From Octopus vulgaris (taxonomy: Eukaryota), in the NCBI GenBank assembly GCA_951406725.2, contig OX597814.1:211048001-211112000 (forward strand): a stretch of 64,000 bases of DNA, given 5' to 3'. Position 1 is the first letter of the stretch, and every line of letters starts with the position of its first letter. Below the pieces are notes generated by a model, which saw nothing but the letters and a program-made list of their open reading frames with translations, did not search any database and had not been told where the DNA came from. Position numbers and translations under genes: made by a program. Shown one piece after another: positions 12,451 through 30,990 of this stretch.

Positions 12451-14439
12451 ACAGAATTTTAAGACGGCAGTGAAATTTATGGGTGACCAATTACGGGATC
12501 CATTAAATGTCTGGCGTCAACTTGGATCGATTATAATTCCTTATATGCATACGTTTTAAACGTAAAGATTCCAAGAACGTAGACAATGAATAATGTATAC
12601 CATACATTTATTACAGTTATGCTGACCTGATACGGGAACAATTATGTATATATCGAAGTGAAATTGTACTTATATATGCGCATTAAAATAATACGCGTTC
12701 CAGCTAAAGCTCACATCCGTTTGTGTGTATGCGTTTGAATGTGCTTGTCTTTGTATATATGTGTGTTTGTTTGCAAATTTATATGTCTCAATGTATATGT
12801 TCTTGATTATATGAATATGTCTATATAGCTGTATAGCTTCGTATGAATTTTTCTCATTGTGTAGGTGTATGAAACATGTACGTATGTATGCTTTGGTACA
12901 TTTCTTTCTATGTTTCCGTGTATCTATACATTCTATATAATATACCACGTAAGTTTATGCAATTGAATTCAATTTTCTAAGACGAAAGCAAATTTTGAAA
13001 TATTTCAAACAGTAGAAAATATTAAATGTAATGGAAATAACTCAGAAATTAATCAGGAAATATTGAAAACATTTGCAATTTAAAATAGTAACTGTAACGT
13101 TAGAGAAAATATCCTAAACATGAAAGCAGTTTGTCGCTTGTTTAACCAAGAATAAAATACGGTGCATACATACGTGCACACATAAGCGTGCGATCACAAA
13201 GCACATGGACACACATATACAAACGCACACATTCAAATTTATGCATATATACACGTGTGTGTTTCGTGTGTTGTGTGTGGGAGTTTGTCTGTGTGTTCGT
13301 GTGTGTGTTTGTGTGTGTAAAACAAATCAATACTTAACCATTATGCGATATATATTTTATATATTCAAGTAAACAGATTGGAGCACAGATCACTCTAAGT
13401 TACAGACAAAAGCCCCCAACCCCAAATTATATATTCCCAATAACATTGTGTTATATTGTTTACAATTATTGCAGCCCTTAGATTCAATCATTGACCCATA
13501 TAAAGGTCACCTGGGCTTGACATTCATGAAGATGCAACAGTACTTCAAGTGCATTTTCTGGTCTGCTTCCTTAAATTGCTCGGTACGGAATGGTATGCTT
13601 GATACATATAATCCAGAACAAATAATTCTTGAGCCAAAATAAAAAAAAATAAGTAGGCAAAATTTACTTAAACTCACAAAACGTAGCCTGTTAACATAAA
13701 ACACCATTAACACTTATACTAATGAACTGACAACCCCAATAAGGAACACTAGAACACGAGGATCAACCCCCCATGTTGCATCCTACCAACTCCCACGTAG
13801 AAAATATTGTCAGTGCGCATTCTAACCAAAAGCGTAAGTAAATTACTCACTCTCAAAGGGAAGTGAAAAAGAAATCAGTTGCATTCTCGAGAAAATTAAC
13901 TGTAAAATTGAATTACAGATGGGAAAGATCTTTGGAAGTGCAGCTACGCCCTAATATTTGAAGTGATATTATTGAAAATATAGTAGTCTCAAAATTTAGT
14001 CAATTGGATATCGGATATTTTTTATTTCTTTTCATCACCCCGCAATTTCCAAAGCCTTCGCCACATGATACTGTTGAACAAGGAGCTAGACAATTTGATA
14101 ATGGGGAAAATTACAAAATCAGTTTCACTCTGAGACGGTTTATTCTGTGCCCCAAATATTATGGTGCCAAAAAACACGGGTTTTCATTTTCTACATTTCT
14201 ATGGAGTTCTCACAGGAGGTATTGCATTAGACATTGTATATTCCTGTATTCGAGATATATATAGAAATCGAAAATTTTCAATTTCAAACATACACATAAC
14301 TCTTAAATGGTTCCTATAATTGCCGAATCTGACACAGTGGAAAGCGATCAAATCGAGATACAGCAATCCTAGTATAGGTTAAAACAGAGGAGTTACAGAA
14401 AAAATGAAAAATGAAATCCCGGGTTGGCTTTCTGCACAT

Positions 14440-14595
14440 CATCAGAAAGACCGACTTTATTAGAAATTGTGTTCAAATTGCCTCTCATCCTATACTGATC
14501 GATAAATTAAGTACCGGTGAAATACTGAAGTCGATATAATCAACTAGTCTCACACCCGCAAAACTTTCAGGCTTTGTGCCTATATTAGAAAGGAC
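14440..14595 (+). mobile_element. Diverged SINE family B-related copy
   Basis: GTTCAAATT...TCATCC...TCGATAAATTAAGTACC...GTCGATATAATC; tail GCTTTGTGCCTATATTAGAAA. Confidence 0.55.
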
Positions 14596-15076
14596 TATTA
14601 TTGTTGTTGTTGTTCTTGTGGTGCATTTGTTGTTGTTGTTGTTGTCTCTGCTGCTGCGGTTGCAGTTGTTAGTTACGCAGCGACCTGAGAATATCACTAA
14701 AGTGTCGGAGGAAATGTTAAGTGCATATAGTCCGACTATACGTTCTGATATCGGAATCTGTCTAAGCTGTTTAGTTCGTCTACTGTCCATGAATTAACAC
14801 TGCTCCATATCTGAGGAGTGAAACCTCCCAGTTGTCGATAGCTTCAATCTTATTCCATACGCTTAATTTCGACTTAAGGATCAGTCTCAATCTACTTAAG
14901 TACACTTTCTCCACTAATTTATCTATTTCCAAAATCCTCAATTACTTATAGCCCGTCTCTTCTATTTGCTTCATAACCTCGTTTGTCCGTCCATACATTT
15001 GATTTTGCCTCTCTTCAATACTAACACACCACGCTTTCTCAGTCCGAGCTCCATTCTGATCTCAGCACGGAAGGTT

Positions 15077-15087
15077 TATTATTATTA

Positions 15088-15148
<61 letters not shown>

Positions 15149-15164
15149 CATTATTATTATTGTT

Positions 15165-15232
<68 letters not shown>

Positions 15233-15253
15233 TATTATTATTATTATTATTAA

Positions 15254-15284
<31 letters not shown>

Positions 15285-15285
15285 T

Positions 15286-15346
<61 letters not shown>

Positions 15347-15366
15347 CAGTAGTAGTAGTATTATTG
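15077..15366. repeat. Compound (TAT)n-(CAT)n-(TAT)n-(TAG)n microsatellite
   Basis: Direct inspection. Confidence 0.95.
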
Positions 15367-15371
15367 TTGAA

Positions 15372-15570
15372 GGTGGTTAGCTGGCTGAATTCTTAACACG
15401 TCGGGCGAAATGCTTAGCAGTATTCCCCCGTTTCTACATATTGAGTTCAAATTCCGCCGAGGTCGACTTTGCCCTTCATCGTTTTGGAGTCGATAAACTT
15501 AGTACAAGATGAGTCCTGGGGTCGATGTGCTCGACCGTCTCCATTCTCACAAAATCCAGGCCTTGTGCTT
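15372..15570 (+). mobile_element. SINE family B-related copy
   Basis: GGTGGTTAGCTGGCTGAA head, GAGTTCAAATTCCGCCGAGGTCGACTTTGCC core. Confidence 0.75.
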
Positions 15571-15678
15571 ATTATTATCATTATTATTATTATTATTATT
15601 GTTATTATTATTATTATTATTTTTATTATTATTATTATTATTATTTTTATTTTTATTATTATTATTATTATTATTATT

Positions 15679-15783
15679 GAGTGAGAGAGTAGTGCATGCC
15701 ATCAAAATGACACTGGGGTAAAATATACGAAGCCCAATATACCCATCATGACTACCCGTCTGATAAGGGTACACCAGGCACAT
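15679..15783 (-). mobile_element. 105 bp unit in (TAA)n, copy 1 (probable 3' end of a TAA-targeting LINE)
   Basis: Identical to 15976-16080; flanked by (TAT)n. Confidence 0.6.
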
Positions 15784-15800
15784 TATTATTATTATTATTA

Positions 15801-15867
<67 letters not shown>

Positions 15868-15870
15868 TGA

Positions 15871-15942
<72 letters not shown>

Positions 15943-15975
15943 TTTATTTTTATTATTATTATTATTATTATTATT

Positions 15976-16080
15976 GAGTGAGAGAGTAGTGCATGCCATC
16001 AAAATGACACTGGGGTAAAATATACGAAGCCCAATATACCCATCATGACTACCCGTCTGATAAGGGTACACCAGGCACAT
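15976..16080 (-). mobile_element. 105 bp unit in (TAA)n, copy 2
   Basis: Identical to 15679-15783. Confidence 0.6.
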
Positions 16081-16102
16081 TATTATTATTATTATTATTA
16101 TT

Positions 16103-21185
<5,083 letters not shown>

Positions 21186-22586
21186 TGATATTATTATTAT
21201 TATTATTATCATTATTAATGCTGTTGCTATTGTTATTAGTGTAATTATCATTATAACTATTGTAATTATTTTGGAAACATAATTGTCTTTCTGACTTTTA
21301 TTCATTAGATTATATACTCAATAAACAAACTCATTTACTATAGCCATTGGGTCTTATATTATTTGAAAAGTAGAGATGTAGGTATAAATTGTATAACTAA
21401 TGTGGATGTGTATGGACAGGTAAAGAGGGGGAAGGCATTGGATGTGGAGCATCTTGCTTCGAAGTCACAATCAATAAGTAGAGTAAAAGAGAGGCACAAC
21501 GATAACAGTAAAGGAGCCGACATATAAATCGAAAGTGTATATATGTAAGGAAGATTGTCTTGGTGACGCATGTTTGCAGAACCTATTTAAGATACAAGGA
21601 TGAAGAGATTACGTAAGTATCAGTTTGGTAACCTAAAGTATTAAGGCCTGTAATCGTGTTTTGACATCGATAAGTCACGGCCACTCGGTGACACCGAATG
21701 ATATGCTAATTATTTGCTTAATTTATTTGTGTTTCTTCAACTGCAAGGCATATTACAATGTCTTGTTATGAATATATTGCTAATGGATAACTGCTATCAT
21801 ATGTTGCTTATTCGGAGTTTGTGATCGCTATTGTAATAATCAATTATTATAGAGAGGAAACGAAATAATATGACGTTTCTTTTCTGTTTTCCCTATTTTT
21901 CGTGCCAGGATCTGCTTTTGTATAACGTATTATGCATAAATTTATATTGCCTTGGATAATTGCATAAAATAGCATTTTCCTTTATTTCTACTTTATTTGC
22001 TTTAAAAATTTTTTTGTGTGACTTTTGTTCAGCTATTGGGAACAGATTCCTCCATCTGGTGGGAAATATTATCAGTGATGCAATTTTCCGATTCCATTTT
22101 TAATCCAGTTATATAGAAATTTTAGGCACCAAACGTGATATAATAATACAAATTAAATTATGTTATCTGCTTTTATTATGTTTATTCCTGCGTTCAATCA
22201 AATTAACCAGACATTTAAAATATTTGATAGACTTTTGAATGCGTTGGCATGTGTGCGAATCTTTGTGAACAAGAGAACTATATGAGTGTCTGTACGTCAC
22301 ATTAGGCATGCGTATGCACGTGCGTATGTGCGTATATGTATATTTTTGTGAGTGTACATGGGTATAAATATGTGTGTGCATGTGTTTGTAAATGTAGGTG
22401 TGTATAAGCGCGGGCGTGAAGATGTGCACACGTAAATGTGTGTTTACATTTATTTCCAGTTATATATTGTTATTGATGTTTATATTTGTTTTAGAAGCAT
22501 TTTAATCTTGCATACACACATTTAGAAAAATATATGTATGTATATGCATGTATATGTTTTTAAATGAATATATATGTAAATATATG

Positions 22587-22747
<161 letters not shown>

Positions 22748-24434
22748 GTGCACACACAAACACACACAGATATGTGGGTGAAGGAGAAGAGGGGAGCGAG
22801 GCATATTCCTCATTGCAAGTACATGTGTATATGTTCGGGTCATTGTTTATGCAACGTTAACAATAGCTTGTAAGGTTATGTCCACAGATTCTTTCGCAAT
22901 TAAAATTTTTCTACCAAGTATCTTCTAATTTCTGAAAAGTGCAGAGCCAGATTATTGATAATCCACATTTTCTGCGGATGTTACCGTTATTTTAAGTAAT
23001 GCAATTTTGCAGTATGCTGGGAATGTGCCTATATTAGTAGAAAAATTGATCGTTTCTCTTCTGGTAATAGTCATCATTTTAGCTAGCAATGTATTTGTAA
23101 CGAACATAATGTTCAAGAACATGGCGATATTAAACGGATAAGAAGATGATGTTTTTAAGTAATGCCACTTCTTAACGTAATGTTGAAAACATGAACCATC
23201 AATTTGCAGAATAATATGTAGCTGAAATACAAGTAGCGAAGAAAGAACAAGATAGCAATGAATAATAAAATAAAGAACTACATGTATCCTACAAAACTCA
23301 TTTTTACTTGTTATGTTATTTCCTCTTTAATTATTATTTATTTTATATTTTTAGTGCCATATCAAATGAACGTGCGATTAAGGAGCCACTTTCGCTGTCA
23401 TTAAGACGCTTGAGTATCTGACATATAAGAATGCTTATCTACTTGACTTTGCAGATAAATTCATAACTATATGAAGAAGTGTTGACAGATAGTGGAAGCT
23501 AATAGTTGAAGCAATATGATGGTGGTTAATTGCGAAAGGAATAGTATATAATTTTCCTACTTTAAGGTTAGCATTTTTTTTTTCTGAAAAAATGGAACAT
23601 TAGTATCTCAGCTGTGTTCATTTTTATTCAAACACTTGCAAGGCATATTTTGTAGATTAATATTTATATAAAATATTCAAATGTCATTACGGTCAGTTAT
23701 GGAAAAGGTAAATGGTCATATATATTACAAAAATGAGTCCTTTTCTAACCCCATGAATGAGAATCATTGGGGAAGCTCTTGTTTTGACAACGCTAGATGT
23801 TGAAAAGATTACTCATAGACCAACATGTTCTTCTGCAACCTCGAATAAATTTGATGTCGTTTATATCATCGCAATGACACTTGACATTAATAACATAACT
23901 GCAAAAAGGCTCGGTGGAAAAAGCCTTCTTTCTCTCCGTATCAAGGTGAGGCCAAATGCGTTTTCTCAACTTGTTAGGTCTTGAGGAAAATCTCAGTCAA
24001 ATGCCATCCTTAGTTAAGCACAGACAACTTCATACATACACAAATGCACACAGACACATACTGACACATATAAAATCACACTCAAACACACATATTGTCT
24101 CTTACTTATACCAAACAACTGGCTGTGCTGGGACAACGCCATTAAATATATTAATACGTAAGCATTCTTTAATAACACATCGTATGTTATAAAGCCTGAA
24201 AATATTAATTTATTTTAGTTGGGCAAATGCCATAAAATTTGTCACATGCAAATTATGTGCTGTGTAGATAAACAGATATTTAAAAAGCTCCTCGCTAATA
24301 TTCAGTACGTATTGTCGTAATACTATACTATATTTAAGAACTACACACACACACATATTATACACACGTATAAACGAAAATTCACAAACACGTATGTATT
24401 TGTGTATAGATCGGTAGGCACTACAGACATGTTG

Positions 24435-24590
24435 TTTCTCTCCTTGTTTTTTTTTCTGTGTCTCTTTCTGTAGAAGAGCGTAGGCTCGAAACGTAAAAGA
24501 CTTTTTCAATTCCTGACCGTTGTACTAATACATCTGTTTGTTTTATACACCACCTGTCTTCATCTTTTGTTTTCTTTGTGCACTCTCCCT
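24435..24590 (+). mobile_element. Neptune-type PLE 3' terminal fragment ending at (TA)n
   Basis: Homologous to 38355-38506 and 39088-39240; contains an HHR-like motif. Confidence 0.75.
24463..24500 (+). ncRNA. Minimal hammerhead-like motif, variant core CUGUAGA
   Basis: tcttt-CTGTAGA-a-gagc gtag gctc-GAAA-cg-TA-aaaga: 5-bp stem I, 4-bp stem II, palindromic ACGT stem III. Confidence 0.65.
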
Positions 24591-24609
24591 ATATATATAT
24601 ATACATATA

Positions 24610-24670
<61 letters not shown>

Positions 24671-24878
24671 GTGTGTGTGTATGTGTGTGGAAATGTCTGT
24701 GTTTGTGTGTGTATACATTTATATATAAAGTCTTGGGGGATATTAACTGTATTTAATTCAATTAGGGAAGATCTAGCATATGCGATTAATTATTTCAGGA
24801 CATTTATTAAAGATGCACAAGCGTTTTGATAGACATTTCAATATTATAATTTCCTTACTTTAGACATATTAAAAAAAA

Positions 24879-24917
<39 letters not shown>

Positions 24918-25919
24918 GGAATAAATCCAAACTTACAGGGAAAAATGACATTTACAGGAGAAAATGACATTTAGGATTAAATCCAATTTTATAGTATAAA
25001 TATATTTATTTTTATATTTTTAAATTAATTTTTTGTATTGGTTTATGTTTCTCACTGTTTGATTTGCCAAATAGTGGTTTTATCTCTAATTTAATATAAT
25101 ATAAAATAATATATATATATATATATATATACATGCATACATATATATGTGTGTGCGCATGTATACATGTGTGTGTATGCATGCATGTATGTATCTATAA
25201 CCATCCGCATTCGCGTGAATCTGCGTGTGTATGCGGAGGGAGAAGACTATTTGTTCGTCGGAGATATAATTAATAATAGCGTTAGCGAAGCTAATCTCTT
25301 AGATTTTTCTGGAATTACTTATTTGTTTGCTTTATCATGCAACAGAGTACGGTCCGGTGCTGTTTCGTGGTCTAATGCATAATGTCGACTGCTGGGATTT
25401 TCATGTAAATGAACGGTCAACGGGCGAGAAATTATACGTTATATTACGTAATTCCAGTTATAAAATTAATGATGAAATCACAATATGCATTAATAATGAG
25501 TGTTACATTTTCCTTATTATAATTAGAGTTTGCTATATTATATTTTCCTTATTATAAGAGTTAGTTAAATTATATTTTCCTTATTAGAGTTAGCTATATT
25601 ATAAAAAGCACTTATACGATACACAACATCTGCACATTTGCTAAGGTATGAATGATGATATTACACACCTAGAACCTAAATTGAACAAGTTGATTAGCAA
25701 TCACATAAAACATATATTTTTCGGATTCATTGACGGCATATATACTTATAAAACATCTTAAACGAAACAGAATCATTTCCTACTGTACATCGAATGTATA
25801 TATATATATATATAAGTATATGCAAACATAAGTGTGTGTATCTGTACTCATCTGCATAGATGTCTATGTACGTAGATATCTAGCATTACTCTCTTGTAAA
25901 TTTTGCATTAAATTTTAGA

Positions 25920-26208
25920 ACAAAATATACGATGGAAGCTCCCGTCGAAGATAATATATCGATGCTTTATTTTTCCCAGAACGACCTGCTCAAATGCTGT
26001 GTTTATAGTGATCAAAGCATGCTGTTCATTAGCTCACTCCAATCATCAAATCGACATGCGTGCACCATGTATCAGCTGTTGAAGTGATCACAGAGCCGCA
26101 TGAGATTAAGTGTTTTTTCTCAAGAAGATGATATATCACACGTTCAAGTAATTGAAACCATGATCCCGTGATCTTAAGTTCAACACCTTAACCACTACGC
26201 CATGTGTC
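25920..26208 (-). mobile_element. Diverged SINE family A relative
   Basis: Minus strand head CATGGCGTAGTGGTTAAGG...GGTTTCAATT; 3' part GCAGGTCGTTCTG...CGACGGGAGCTTCC resembles the tail of 604-978. Confidence 0.5.
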
Positions 26209-26254
26209 ACACACACACGCACGCGCACGCACACAGACACACACAGACATATAC

Positions 26255-26715
26255 CTTTTATTCTTTTATTCCCTTATTGCTTTAAATATTTCAGTCATTT
26301 GAGTGCAGTGCACTAAATTTAAGGGTTTTAGTCCAACGAATCGACTCCAGAACTCACTTTAAAGCCTAGTACTTATTCTACTTATTCTAGCGATTTCTTT
26401 TGCCGAACCATTAATTTACGGGGTCGTTATATCAGCAAATCCGTTTATCAAACTGATAAACGGTGGGGATCAAATAAAGACAGAATTACATAAAACCTAG
26501 CTAGATAAATACATACACACACACATATATAAATATATATATACATATATAAATATATAAATATATATATATATATATGACAGGCTTCTTTCAGTTTCTG
26601 TTTATCATATCCACTCACAAGGTTTTGGTTGCCCCAAAGCTACAGAAGAACACATTTGCCCAAGGTGCCATACAGAAGGACTCAACCCAGAAACACGCTT
26701 CCAAACCACATGGTT
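26255..26715 (-). mobile_element. Diverged SINE family C, head-to-head with the next copy
   Basis: Reverse complement similarity to 6520-6928. Confidence 0.65.
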
Positions 26716-27235
26716 CCAGCTTCAGTTCCAATGCGTTGCACCTTGGACAAATATCTTCCATTATAGCCTCGGTCGAGCCAAAGCCTAGTGAGTGAATAGA
26801 TGGAAACAGAAAGAAACGCTTTGTGTGTTTGTGTGTGTGTGTGTGCTTGTGTGTATGAGTGTTTGTCTTTGCGTCTGTGTTTGCTCCCCACCGCCGTTTA
26901 ACAACCGATGTTCATTTGCTTACGCCCCCGTAACGTAGTGTTACGGAAAAAGAGTGTGATAGAATAGGTACTAGGATTTCAGTATTTCGTCTGCCGCTAC
27001 GTTCTGAGTTCCAATTCCGCCGAGGTCGACTTTGCCTTTCATCCTTTCGGGGTCGATTAAATAAGTACCAGTAACGCACTGAGGTCGATATAATCGACTT
27101 AATCCGTTTTTCTGTCCTTGTTTGTCCTCTCTGTGTTTAGCCCTTGAGGGTAGTAAAGAAATAAGAATAGGTACTAGGATTTAAAAAGTCCTGTAGTCGA
27201 ATTATCCCGCCCCCCCATAAAAACACTTCAAGACA
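26700..27235 (+). mobile_element. Diverged SINE family C, interrupted by a family B SINE
   Basis: CCACATGGTTCCAGCTTCAGTTCCAATGCGTTGCACCTTGGACAAAT... ACAACCGATG... Confidence 0.7.
26980..27163 (+). mobile_element. SINE family B, 5'-truncated, with 19-bp TSD
   Basis: AGAATAGGTACTAGGATTT repeated at 26961-26979 and 27164-27182. Confidence 0.9.
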
Positions 27236-27269
27236 CATTGGTCATAGTTAAATGTGCGTGTCATGTCAA

Positions 27270-27533
27270 AAAGGCATGACGGCACGTTGCTTACGTTGTG
27301 CGATCGAATCCTGATGGCTCTCTCCTTCAAGAACGCACTTTATTGAGTGCTGCTCCTGCCCACTCAGCTGGCAATAATGCTTAGTGCTCGTGTTTCAAAG
27401 AGCCAGCCTTGACAAAGTCTGTGTCACACTGAGTCTCATCGAGAACAACGGTAAGCATTTGAGTCTCCAAAGTTAATTTCACGAGCAGGCTCTTCCATTA
27501 GTCGGATGAAACGGAAAACTCGTCGTCATAACC
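27270..27533 (+). mobile_element. Diverged SINE family A body
   Basis: TTTCAAAGAGCCAGCCTTG...GTTAATTTCACGAGCAGGCT...CTCGTCGTCATAACC matches 604-978. Confidence 0.7.
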
Positions 27534-27832
27534 TAAGAAATATTGAAATATTGAAAGACGGAAAATGGAGAAAAAATGGATGTATGAATAATTTATTTGT
27601 ATGATATAAAGATGGCATTTAAAAAAAAAATCTCTGTCATATGAATAATTCATTCATACATGCATTTTTTTCTCCATTTTCTTTTCTTAAATATTAATAA
27701 GTATTTATACAATAATCCCTTACATATCGCAGTGACTTTCGCATTATATGATAGTGATTAACCAGTGGGATCTTTTGGATTATATAAGCTCTAATATAGG
27801 TCTAACTTTTCCAAATTCACTATATTTATATA

Positions 27833-28038
27833 CAGTAATCCCTCGTCTATAGCGAGTTTTACGTTCTAGAACCTCGCACAGAAATAACTAACATCTAAAA
27901 TAATATAAACACGTATCGGCCACAGAAATTCGTATATACTGAGGAGACTGCGATACATATAATACATATATTAGCAAGAAAACTCGACGATGTACTGAGT
28001 GCGGGATAGGTGAACCGAGTTATGGTGAGGGATAACTG
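27833..28038. mobile_element. pogo/Tigger-like MITE with TA target duplication
   Basis: TA|CAGTAATCCCTCGTCTATAGCGAG ... CCGAGTTATGGTGAGGGATAACTG|TA terminal inverted repeats. Confidence 0.65.
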
Positions 28039-30930
28039 TACGTGTGTGTGTAACAGAGGTATTCTCGATGGATTATCAATCGGGACAAAATATTTATCAG
28101 CTCTTTGTTTGTACATCAGGCTAACAATATTGTTTAGATTAGTAAAGAACTTTGCGTACTCAAGTGGCAGGACCCTAGGTTACGGATTTACAATATAACA
28201 TGGTTATGAACCCTAAAAGTAAACAATAAGTAGATGTTAATAGAAATACATATTAACAAACTAACTTGAAAATGACACCACAAAATCGTACTATGATCAA
28301 TAACATATAATCCCCTAACTAAATATCTCTGGAAGTTTTATATAGCTTTTGTATGTTGAGGATAACATATATGATATGAAATAAGAATGTCAAATAAAAT
28401 TCACAACGGGAAGAATTAGCCATTGTTTCTGCATCAAATTCTAAATGAATATTCATACTTTGCTCACCGAATTTAGAAAGGTGAAAGTTATGGTATTATT
28501 TTGGAAGATACTGTTTTCGACATTTATATCTCCAGAAAACATTGACGCAGTGTATTCGCACTTTATAACGACTAGCTTAGAGTATGAATGAGAGTGATTT
28601 TCTATATAATACGGAGGTGGCAGCAGTAGCAACATCTTAGTGAGTGCATGTATAGTGGTGGGCTTCGTCCGTCACATTATTTTGAATGTCATTGTTGTCT
28701 ATTGTCACGCATTTCCAAAACACTGGAAGTTTCACAATGTAACCGGCTAATGGTCGGTGTTTCTTTTATATAGAACATTATTTTGTTATTGCATGTCTCC
28801 AGCTTTGGCTTGAAGGAATCACTTTACTTTTTTACTAAACCACATACTAAATAAATGCCTATAAGAAACAATTTAACAGATTTAGAGTAATTATATTTAG
28901 CCATCAGATGGACGACAATATTTTCTTACCAACACCGTTCATGATTCACTCAAAAGAACGTTTGCAGCTGAAATGTCTAAATGCATTCATGTTGAAGTAA
29001 AAGTGCTTTGTGCATAGGATTCTCCGAATAAAACAAAGTGACGTCTTCTCTAAACATGTGTGCATGAGCAGGTCCGGTTACACATTTTGCTATTAGCAGG
29101 TTTTTGTGGGACTCATAACACCTATTTATATTAAAAATGAAGCAGAAAATTGATAAATGCTAACATCCTTATCGTTACTCACTGTAGGGTGACATATATC
29201 GTATGTGCTAAAACCTAAAGAAATCATACTTGAAGAAACTAACGGATAGTGACCGCGTTTTCATTGAAATACTTATTTACGTATGCTAGTGTCCACTCAT
29301 TTTGCCTGTTTGCGTGTGAGAATTTTAAATGTAATTTATTGGAACGCAATAATATGAGAGTTTTGATATATCGTAATAGCAATCGACATTTTGAAAGTAA
29401 AACTGAATAGTGTATAATAACTGCAATATAATAAATAGTTGGTCCAATAACAAACATGTTAAAGGTACGTATAACCATAAAACGCCACATATGCTGTAGT
29501 ATGTCATATAACACTGTATTCGCATATGATCATATTTGAAGTATTCTGTTGCTGAGGTCTATAATATATTTCTCAAATGGAAAGAAGACACAAATCTAGA
29601 GAGTAGATCGGGGAAAAAATAACGGTTAACAAGAGGAAACAAGAATTCTTTAGAGATTTCATCAATATTTATATGAGATTAATTAGAATGAAAAATAACC
29701 TTCTCGTCTTCTGCTAACTCATGACTAACTCTTAATAATATATGACGCCCGAGAAATTGTAATGATATTATTTATGTATTTCTTCCTAAATTAGAATAGC
29801 TAGTTACCTATTTCTTAGAGACAGTAATACATTTCAAATTAACCACCATCATTCTCTTACATTTTCTCACTCTCTAGCTTTCTTTCTTTTTTTCTTCTTT
29901 TCTCCGTCTACCACATTCTTTCTCTTACTATTTCATTCACCATAGATATTTTAATGAACACGTCTAAGAATTATGTTAACATGGACTAGACAGTATAGAC
30001 TAAATGTATTGTGGCATTTAATCGCAGTCCACACACTTCTGGCATTATAAAATATTTACCAGTAAAATATACTGTAATAAATTAAATTAACGCTTGCGAT
30101 TAATCGATAGGCATTGTATGCATGTATGCAATCAGTATATATGTCAAGAAACTCAATAAACGTAGCAAGCGTGGTGAAGATTAAAGCGTGATATATCTGA
30201 ATTCAGATAGGATGGCGTGATTCAGTTGGCGTCTACGTAACAGGATTCTTTAATCCTGAAATGTAGAATGTTCTCACTCAAATATCCACACATCTGTATG
30301 CATGTACCTACGTATACACGTGCACACTCACACGTATACACGTGCACATTCGCAGATTCATAAACACATACTTATTTCAAATAAGATTCTTGACTTATTC
30401 TATACCGGCTCAGCAGTATAGAAAATGTTATACTCTAATTCTTTAGTTTCCCTCGGCTGCTTCACCAATAAGATCAGATGTACATAGAGAATTGAACTCT
30501 AAATGCTACCAACACGCGATGAACGTCGGTTATATGATTTAAGTAGCATTGTTAGATTGAAAATGAAGATGAAATTAGCAACTTTCACACATGATCCCAC
30601 ACGTTTGACTTAAAAGCAGGACATGATCGCTGAACTGAAAATGCTTTCAAAATTGTATTTTGTACAGATGTAATATGGTTTCAGGTGACAGGAGAAAATG
30701 GTGTGCGGCCTCATGGGCAACGCTTTTATATCTAAGTACACCCAACACAATTAAGCATTCGGACCAAAAGCCAAATGTGACACATTGCCGTTTTCAATAT
30801 ACGTACAGTATTTCTTTGACATCTGTATTATGCCATTAAATGGCCAGTAATTGAAATTATACTTGGTTGTATACAAAGCCCAAACTTTTCTGTTTCTGTA
30901 ACAGTAAAGTTAAATATTTAAATACACAAT

Positions 30931-30990
30931 GGCGGTGCCCCAGCATGGCCACAGCTCAAGAGCTGAAACTGGAAAACATAAACATAAACA
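30931..30990 (+). mobile_element. Isolated SINE/LINE 3' tail related to the family C tail
   Basis: GGCGGTGCCCCAGCATGGCCACAGCTCAAGAGCTGAAAC plus (AAACAT)n. Confidence 0.65.

Noticed and set aside
14810-14840. CTGAGGA-GT-GAAAC hammerhead-like core
   Set aside because: No stem II and no stem I pairing
15679-16080. CRISPR-like repeat-spacer pattern
   Set aside because: Only two 105-bp units separated by microsatellite in eukaryotic DNA; no cas genes
21400-21580. Possible degenerate Neptune zinc-finger linker (FP..TCPY) on the minus strand
   Set aside because: Too decayed to support
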